A stretch of 64,000 nucleotides of DNA from an uncultured virus (IMG/VR IMGVR_UViG_3300020465_000007) (taxonomy: Duplodnaviria; Heunggongvirae; Uroviricota; Caudoviricetes): the IMG/VR virus record IMGVR_UViG_3300020465_000007; one strand, 5' to 3'. Both the position numbers and the translations under genes were made by a program. The notes beneath the pieces were generated by a model. It did not search any database. It saw only the letters and a list, made by a program, of their open reading frames with translations, and had not been told where the DNA came from. Below are positions 57,531 to 64,000 of the stretch, piece by piece (positions within the stretch are counted from its first letter, which is position 1; the number at the start of each line of letters is the position of its first letter).

Positions 57531-60500
57531 ATGGCATTAATAGATATGTTAACCGATATAAAAAGTTTCAACTACAATAAAGTAGGTAAGAAACATGATG
57601 AGTATTTTGGTGAGGATAATGCTACTGGATTTACAACTAATAGAGATACAAAAAATCCTACTGAATTTGGAGGTGTTAATGGTGAAAAATTCAATAGTAA
57701 TTCTTCTGTATATAGTAAGATAAAAGGTGTTGATTTTTTTACAAATACAAATAGACCTGGTTTCTTATTTGATATGACAACCGATTTTGATGAAAGTAAG
57801 ACTTCATTGTATATTATTGGTAGTGGTAATGATTTTAATTTTACAGAAAAGAGAGGATTTTCAACATTTAATGTTTCAACACCATATACAATAGATAGAG
57901 ATACTGGTGATGAAACCGAACTACCTGATGGTGGTGGTAGTCTTTATAGTAAAAAGATTAATGATTTTAGGGCTGGATTAAGTCGTGTAGATTTCTTTGG
58001 TAATGAACATAGACCAGGATTTTTACCCAATTTACAAAATTTGTTAAAAGTAACATTTTTCACTGGTCTTACATCAACTGAATTTGATACAAATAGTAGT
58101 TTATATAGTACTGGATTGGATGGACAACAACTAACTGGTGTTGATTTTATTTTTAACACAAACGCTACAGGATTTACTCCAAATAGAAAAACACAAGACT
58201 TAGGACCAGGGTTAGGTGAAAGGGGTTTTACGGAACTTGCAACTGGTGAAAAGGCTGGTGAATATTTAATCGGTGGAACTGAATATGGTTTTCCAACACC
58301 AGGTAAAAACTTTGGTGGTGAAATATTTTTTAGTGATATACACGCTACAGGATTTACTCCGAATAGAACCACTAAAGATTTAGGACCAGGTTTAGGTCAA
58401 AGGGGGTTTTCAATAGTTGGTAATGGTGAAAAGGCTGGTGAATATAAAATTGGTTCAAGTGATTATGACAAGATAGTTCGTTCTTATGAAAATTTTCCAG
58501 TATTATCAACAGCAGTTTTTGAGAATAGTGATATACCACTTAGAGATTCATTGTCTATGCAAAGTGATGGTACATTTAGTCTTAAACAATATTCGGTATT
58601 AAATACAAGTTATGGTCAAATAAGGGTAGCAAGAAGTGTTGATAATAGAAATATGGGTATTAATTTAGGTAATGAAGTACCAAAAGAATCTAAAGATTAT
58701 ATTACATCAAAACCAAATATACCAACTGTACCTGATTTTAGTGAAGGTCATGTATATGGTGCTCCAATATCAAGACTAGCATTAGAAGATAGAAAGGGTG
58801 ATGTAGATAATCAATATATCAAATTCGGTGGTGGAAATGCTGGATTGAGACCTGGTTATGCTAGTAATGCTAATCAAGGTGTTTTTGGTTTTGATTCACC
58901 ATATATTATAAAAGAGATTGGGGATAGATATGATTCTTTAGATTGGGCAGTAGATAGTGCTATTACAATTTTACCATTTAAAATAGTTAGAACCGCAGAA
59001 GATGTAATTAGAATAGGTAAGTGGAATTTGACTGCTAAAGGTATTATGTGGAATGCTAATCAATTTTTACTAACAAATCAAGGTGCTAGACAAGAAACTA
59101 AACTTTTTAATCCATTAGGAACTTTGGGATCAATAGTTCCTCATGTACATTTACCAAGACATACTGATGGTACATTTAAAGATTTTGAAGAACCAGACAA
59201 ATATCCAGATAAAATTACTGGTACTTCTACTATATTTGCACACAAACTACATCAACCTCTTTTTGGTGAAAGTGGACAGAGAATACCAGACGATCCTACT
59301 GGTTTAGCACAAGAGGCCTTAGATAGAACAGATGCATCGTTTAAAGGTATGGGAATAAATTATACTAATAGGATGGAAAATTTAAGATACTATAGGGTTG
59401 AAGAAAATAAAGGTCCAGTTCCAAATTTACATCCACTTACAGCTTTAGGGTTGGGCAATAAAGAATTTGTAGATCCAACTCATCATGTAAAGAGTACAAA
59501 AGGTCCTTTTGGCGAAAATTTAGGTAATAAAACAGAAGATGGTGAAAAAATAGAAGATAAACATAGTAGTCTAATTACAAATTATAAAAACTTAGAAAAC
59601 TTTCCAGCATCTACAGGTCAAGGAGGAGTAAGGGGAATTGACAGTTCATTAAAAAATATGGAACAGATGAATTTAGCTGGTGATGATGTTGAAAAAATTA
59701 ATATAAAACAATCAACAGGTGCTGTTCTTGCTAGTGAAGTTAGTAAGAAAAAAGGTCCTGTTAAAAAGAAAGAATTAGCCACTAAATATAATTTGGGTAG
59801 AGGTTTAATATCTAAAGGTGATAAGTTATATGAAGTTGGAACTTCAAATATGTTACAAGTTCCTTATGGTGGAGTATTTAATAAATTAAAATCAAGTATA
59901 GGTGATTTACCAAAAGATTTTATAAATTTTAGAATTAGAGATGCAGTTAATGGAAAATGGTTAATATTTCCAGCACATTTAGGAGCAATAACAGATACCA
60001 TTAGTCCAGAATGGACAAAAGAGGCCTATATTGGTAGGCCTGATGAAGTACATATTTATACAAAGACTTCAAGAACAGTAGGTTTTGATTTTAAAGTGGC
60101 TGCATTTACAAAACAAGAAATTCCAATTATACAAGAAAAGATGAATTATTTGGTTGGTTTGGGTTATCCAACATTTAAGAAAATGTTACCTACTGATGTA
60201 GAAGAAAGACCAGTTTCACCCTATATCTATTTGACCATTGGAGATTTGTTTAATAATACTCCAGGATACTTTGATAGTATTACAATTTCTACCGAAGAAA
60301 ATTATACATGGGAAATTGATGAGGGATTTCAAACACCAATGATGTATAATGTTAGTGTTAATTTTGTTTATATTGGTAGACATTTACCACAAACATTAGG
60401 TAAACATTATGATGTGCCTTGGTTAAAGGATGTTGGTGCTGGACCTAATAAATATGGTACATTTGGTAGTCAAGATCCAAGAGATGAAAGTCCAAAAAGT

Positions 60501-60575
60501 ATTAGACCATTTATAGAAGGTGGGGATGTTGAAGATCATTGGTCTAAAAATGTACAACCACATGGGACAAGTTAA
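57531..60575 (+). CDS. Baseplate/tube-initiator-like protein with long repetitive N-terminal extension
   Basis: C-terminal F.A.L..ITD..SPEW....YIGR.D.V.IY....R.V.FDFKV...LTIGDL....PG....I motif of tube-fold baseplate proteins; follows the tape measure gene. Confidence 0.65.
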   Translation: MALIDMLTDIKSFNYNKVGKKHDEYFGEDNATGFTTNRDTKNPTEFGGVNGEKFNSNSSVYSKIKGVDFFTNTNRPGFLFDMTTDFDESKTSLYIIGSGNDFNFTEKRGFSTFNVSTPYTIDRDTGDETELPDGGGSLYSKKINDFRAGLSRVDFFGNEHRPGFLPNLQNLLKVTFFTGLTSTEFDTNSSLYSTGLDGQQLTGVDFIFNTNATGFTPNRKTQDLGPGLGERGFTELATGEKAGEYLIGGTEYGFPTPGKNFGGEIFFSDIHATGFTPNRTTKDLGPGLGQRGFSIVGNGEKAGEYKIGSSDYDKIVRSYENFPVLSTAVFENSDIPLRDSLSMQSDGTFSLKQYSVLNTSYGQIRVARSVDNRNMGINLGNEVPKESKDYITSKPNIPTVPDFSEGHVYGAPISRLALEDRKGDVDNQYIKFGGGNAGLRPGYASNANQGVFGFDSPYIIKEIGDRYDSLDWAVDSAITILPFKIVRTAEDVIRIGKWNLTAKGIMWNANQFLLTNQGARQETKLFNPLGTLGSIVPHVHLPRHTDGTFKDFEEPDKYPDKITGTSTIFAHKLHQPLFGESGQRIPDDPTGLAQEALDRTDASFKGMGINYTNRMENLRYYRVEENKGPVPNLHPLTALGLGNKEFVDPTHHVKSTKGPFGENLGNKTEDGEKIEDKHSSLITNYKNLENFPASTGQGGVRGIDSSLKNMEQMNLAGDDVEKINIKQSTGAVLASEVSKKKGPVKKKELATKYNLGRGLISKGDKLYEVGTSNMLQVPYGGVFNKLKSSIGDLPKDFINFRIRDAVNGKWLIFPAHLGAITDTISPEWTKEAYIGRPDEVHIYTKTSRTVGFDFKVAAFTKQEIPIIQEKMNYLVGLGYPTFKKMLPTDVEERPVSPYIYLTIGDLFNNTPGYFDSITISTEENYTWEIDEGFQTPMMYNVSVNFVYIGRHLPQTLGKHYDVPWLKDVGAGPNKYGTFGSQDPRDESPKSIRPFIEGGDVEDHWSKNVQPHGTS
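58162..58445 (+). repeat. Tandem ~100-nt repeat with 180-nt period
   Basis: ATGFTPNR.T.DLGPGLG.RGF....GEKAGEY is encoded at 58162 and 58342. Confidence 0.88.
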
Positions 60576-60898
60576 TGAGTAGATATAAAAATACAAAAAT
60601 AAAAAATGATATATATTCTAATAATCGTGTATTAAGAGTTACTGAATATCCAAAAATAACACCTAAAGAAAGTGATATAGTATATTATACTAGATTTGAT
60701 GATTCTTATATGAGTCTAGCTCATAGATATTATAAAGACCAATCATTATGGTGGGTTATTGCTAGAGCCAATTCACCCTTTAAAGGTAAATTTAAATTTG
60801 AAGCAGGTACTAAACTCATCATACCAACTGATATTTCAGATGTGATGAGTGAGATGTATTTATTAAATTCAACAAGAGAAATATCAGATCCTAAATAA
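60575..60898 (+). CDS. LysM-like baseplate wedge protein (gp53/gpX-like)
   Basis: D....LAHRYYKDQSLWWVIARAN...GTKLIIP. Confidence 0.82.
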   Translation: MSRYKNTKIKNDIYSNNRVLRVTEYPKITPKESDIVYYTRFDDSYMSLAHRYYKDQSLWWVIARANSPFKGKFKFEAGTKLIIPTDISDVMSEMYLLNSTREISDPK

Positions 60899-60900
60899 TT

Positions 60901-63438
60901 ATGTTTGAGAAAAATAATATAGAGACAAAAATTCAAGAAAAACTATTTCAAAGAATTAGAGCTATGAATAGAGAAGGGGTGGAGTTTGATCCATTAGCAC
61001 CTGCTAGTGATGGTGTTCAGGACCAGGCCGTTCAAGCTTGGTTAGCTAAATCTTGTTGGGCAAGGGTTATTTCCGCTGTAGTTTATACACCAGATAGTTT
61101 AGATGGTGAAATGGCAGGTCCACCAGCACCAAATTCTAAAGCTAAATTGATGAGAATGTCTAGTGCTTTTAATACAGAGGGTGAAGGTGGTTATAGTCCA
61201 ATAAATAAACCTATAACATCACAACAAAGTCTTTTTACATCTGATTCTTCAGCAACATTTAGACCACATAGTGGTATTACAAGTATTAATACAAGTTTTA
61301 TGTCACAAACAGTACAATCGGTAGATATAAGTTGGAAGTTATGGGATATTAAACAATTTGAAACATATCAAAATGCATTTTTAACACATGGTAGAATTAT
61401 TACAGTAGAATTTGGTTGGTCAACACCACAAGTAGCTACGGATAAACTTGATGTATCCACGGTTGATGGTATGAGGGCTATTTATAAAAAACAACAAGAA
61501 CATATTTTAAATATGGGTGGTGATTATTTTGTAACTACTGGTAAGATAGTAAGTTTTGATTTTACTGTTGGTCAAAATGGAGAATATATTTGTAGTACTA
61601 AATTAAGCTCTATGGGAAATGATGTCTTTGCTGGACAAATAAGTGAAAATGAAAATGACGCACCAATAAAAATAAGAACAGATAGTGAAGATATGGAGAG
61701 AGCAATAAAAATATCTCAAAATACATTCACTAATTATATTAAGAGTTTAGAGTTACATTTAGCAGAGGCTAAGGATGAAGAAGGTGTATATTGTGATGAA
61801 GATACTGGAAGAACTTGGTGTACTTGGGGATATTTTGAAGATAAGGTATTAAATACCTATTTTGCATTTTCTAGTGATTGGGCAAAGGATATACCAACTC
61901 TTGGTGACCATGACAATTCATCTTTATTGATGTATATTAGGTCAAAGCACTTTCCAAACAATTCTGTACAAGTAAATGAACTTGAAAATGTTTGTAGATA
62001 CCATAGTGAAATTACAACAAAATCATTAGATATATATTTACCAGGTAGTGTTATTGATTTACCTAGCTCAGATCAACCTGTTTTAAAAAATCAATCAGAT
62101 AAGGCAAGGGTAAACTATGCAAATCTCCGTAGAATTATGAAAGGATTAAAAAATAAATTTGCTAATAATAAATTTCATGATGAAACTTTAAATAAAGGTA
62201 TAATAAGAAATTTTGTATTTAGTGATGATTTTTTAAAAGGTATATGGGGTAGTGGTATTAGTACAGTTCAAAGTGGTTTAGATTCACATTGGAATTCAGT
62301 TACTTCTCAATATGGTGGGTTTTGGAACTTCAAAGCTCGTTCTGATGTTTGGGATACAAGTAGAGTAGGTGTTTTTGAGAAATATACAGAAGGACCTACT
62401 GATATAAATGTTATAAATCCATTTAAAGATTCTACTCAAAAAACTGATTTTAGTAATATAGTAAAGGATAAGTGTTTTGTATTTTCAGTATATGGTAGGC
62501 ATTCACTAATTACTAATTTTAATGTTAGTGTCATTATGAGTTCTGATATGGCAACTATGGTAACTTATCATACCAATAATTCATCAGGACAATCACTTCC
62601 TGGTCCAGATGAAGTTGCAATAAAAGCAATGGCTGCATTTCAATTTCAAAAACCACCTAATGCTGCAGATTCTTATCCAGGTGCACAAAGTAGTGATGAT
62701 TTAGTTTTAAAAGACATGACATTTCCGTTTATGGTAAATAAATATATTGATAGAAATGGTCCAGACGATCCTTATGTAATAAAAGATTTAACTGGAGACG
62801 GTCAATCTTTTATGGCAGATCCTACAGCAACTTTAGAAAATAAGACAACAATTATTAAGGAAATTGACCAAATAGATGAAAGTGAACAAAGACAAGAAGA
62901 ATTGGATAAGGATGCTAAGGATAAAAATTATTGGTATAAAAAAGATGGTGAGGTAATGGATGATAAACTTATATATGACCAAAATGGAAAAATGTTAGAT
63001 ATATATAGTAGAACTATGATTGGTATAATTAATCAGAATTTAATTGATCCTAAAACTAACACCGCAACTGCTGATCCAAATATACCTTTTAATGTATCAT
63101 TTACTATTCCAGGAATAGCTGGAATAAAACCATTTGATATGTTTCATATTGATTATTTACCAGAGTGGCATAGAAAAAATTGTATGTTTCAAATTACTAA
63201 AATATCACATAAGTTGGAATTATCTGGTTGGACAACTGATATTGAATCTCAAATGAGAGTTGATGGTAAAGAAGTAGAAACAGAAAAGTATAAAAATCCT
63301 GATATGGATATATTAGATAATGAAAAACAGGCAAAGTGGTTTAAGCAAGTTAATACAATAGAAAATGAAGATAAACCAAGAGAACCAGAAGATAAACAAG
63401 ATTGGTGGAATCCCTGGGACTGGTTTGATGGAAAATAA
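60901..63438 (+). CDS. Putative baseplate hub protein
   Basis: Follows the LysM gene; GITSI, VEFGWS, C-terminal FTIPGIAGI..FD.F.IDYLP....FQIT.ISH......WTT.I. Confidence 0.62.
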   Translation: MFEKNNIETKIQEKLFQRIRAMNREGVEFDPLAPASDGVQDQAVQAWLAKSCWARVISAVVYTPDSLDGEMAGPPAPNSKAKLMRMSSAFNTEGEGGYSPINKPITSQQSLFTSDSSATFRPHSGITSINTSFMSQTVQSVDISWKLWDIKQFETYQNAFLTHGRIITVEFGWSTPQVATDKLDVSTVDGMRAIYKKQQEHILNMGGDYFVTTGKIVSFDFTVGQNGEYICSTKLSSMGNDVFAGQISENENDAPIKIRTDSEDMERAIKISQNTFTNYIKSLELHLAEAKDEEGVYCDEDTGRTWCTWGYFEDKVLNTYFAFSSDWAKDIPTLGDHDNSSLLMYIRSKHFPNNSVQVNELENVCRYHSEITTKSLDIYLPGSVIDLPSSDQPVLKNQSDKARVNYANLRRIMKGLKNKFANNKFHDETLNKGIIRNFVFSDDFLKGIWGSGISTVQSGLDSHWNSVTSQYGGFWNFKARSDVWDTSRVGVFEKYTEGPTDINVINPFKDSTQKTDFSNIVKDKCFVFSVYGRHSLITNFNVSVIMSSDMATMVTYHTNNSSGQSLPGPDEVAIKAMAAFQFQKPPNAADSYPGAQSSDDLVLKDMTFPFMVNKYIDRNGPDDPYVIKDLTGDGQSFMADPTATLENKTTIIKEIDQIDESEQRQEELDKDAKDKNYWYKKDGEVMDDKLIYDQNGKMLDIYSRTMIGIINQNLIDPKTNTATADPNIPFNVSFTIPGIAGIKPFDMFHIDYLPEWHRKNCMFQITKISHKLELSGWTTDIESQMRVDGKEVETEKYKNPDMDILDNEKQAKWFKQVNTIENEDKPREPEDKQDWWNPWDWFDGK

Positions 63439-63462
63439 ATTACATTTTGAGAAAATAGTTAT

Positions 63463-63470
63463 ATATTTAT
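63463..63470 (+). promoter_or_regulatory. ATATTTAT putative promoter motif before thyX
   Basis: Context CATTTTGAGAAAATAGTTATATATTTAT, followed by AAGG and ATG at 63491. Confidence 0.5.
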
Positions 63471-63490
63471 AATAAATCAAGGTTATAGTT

Positions 63491-64000
63491 ATGTTAAAAT
63501 CCCAAGTATTAGACAAAGGTTTTATCGAGGTTGTAGACTCGCTCGGTAATGACCTTACAGTAGTAAACTCCGCTCGTGTATCATTCGGTAAAAGAAAAAC
63601 CAAGTTTGATAAATCAGATGAAAGATTGGTTCGCTATCTTGCCAAATATAAACACTATTCACCATTTAGACATTTACAAGTACAATTCCATGTAAAGGCA
63701 CCAGAGTTTGTTATGAGACAATGGTACAAGCATGTAGTGGGAATTGAAACTACTTCCAACTCATCTACCAAAGACCATGCTTGGAATGAGATAAGTGGTA
63801 GGTATGTACCAGTAGAAGAATTCTATGTACCAGAGGTTTGGAGAAAACAAAGTGAAGATAATAAACAAGCTTCAGATGGTGTATTGGATGATTTACAACA
63901 AAAAAGAATGAGTATGAATTATAGTGTATTTATGAACCAAGTTGAGATGGCTTATGAAACTATGATAAATACTGGAGTCGCTAAAGAACAAGCAAGAATC
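63491..64000 (+). CDS. thyX: FAD-dependent thymidylate synthase, 3'-truncated by the window (not in the ORF track)
   Basis: MLKSQVLDKGFIEVVDSLGNDLTVVNSARVSF...YLAKYKHYSPF..VKAPEFVMRQW.KH...WNEISGRY...GVAKEQAR. Confidence 0.93.
   Translation, partial: MLKSQVLDKGFIEVVDSLGNDLTVVNSARVSFGKRKTKFDKSDERLVRYLAKYKHYSPFRHLQVQFHVKAPEFVMRQWYKHVVGIETTSNSSTKDHAWNEISGRYVPVEEFYVPEVWRKQSEDNKQASDGVLDDLQQKRMSMNYSVFMNQVEMAYETMINTGVAKEQARI

Noticed and set aside
1219..63603. Other minus-strand and nested short ORFs in the track
   Set aside because: They lie mostly or wholly within well-supported + strand genes and show shadow-type composition with no recognisable motifs.
1..64000. Stop-codon reassignment as seen in some large phages
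   Set aside because: Standard code gives full-length, densely packed genes; TAG (729, 19166, 36152, 47884, 53427) and TGA (1010, 37547) act as real stops followed by new starts.

Overview
AT-rich window with every credible gene on the + strand. It is the virion morphogenesis region of a large, distantly T4-like myovirus. Order: small putative head-internal proteins, phage-encoded ribosomal protein bS21, acidic scaffold, gp23-like major capsid protein, neck/head-completion genes, then a ~40 kb block of mosaic fibre/adhesin genes (up to 3104 aa, two with S74-type chaperone C-termini) and six small LamG-like paralogs. It continues with tail sheath, tube, tail assembly chaperone, tape measure and baseplate genes, and ends in a partial thyX. 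The most striking unexplained signal is a GC-rich 11-mer, GTCGGCATCGG, with 20 exact copies by my manual count plus about 10 near copies. It is always in frame and in direct orientation at the GxVGIG module junctions of the giant fibre genes and runs against the local codon bias, which suggests a DNA-level module-shuffling system. Other signals: a second junction motif (GGTTCGTTTGG), a LamG cassette array whose FGV-stop codons double as the next gene's Shine-Dalgarno (SD), a compact structured RNA candidate at 17341-17402, a probable +1/-2 frameshift in the tail chaperone, a shared N-terminal leader on head-region proteins, an intergenic ATATTTAT promoter-like motif, and [ST]GS enrichment confined to outer virion proteins. 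All calls come from reading the sequence and recalled family motifs. No searches were run and counts are by eye.
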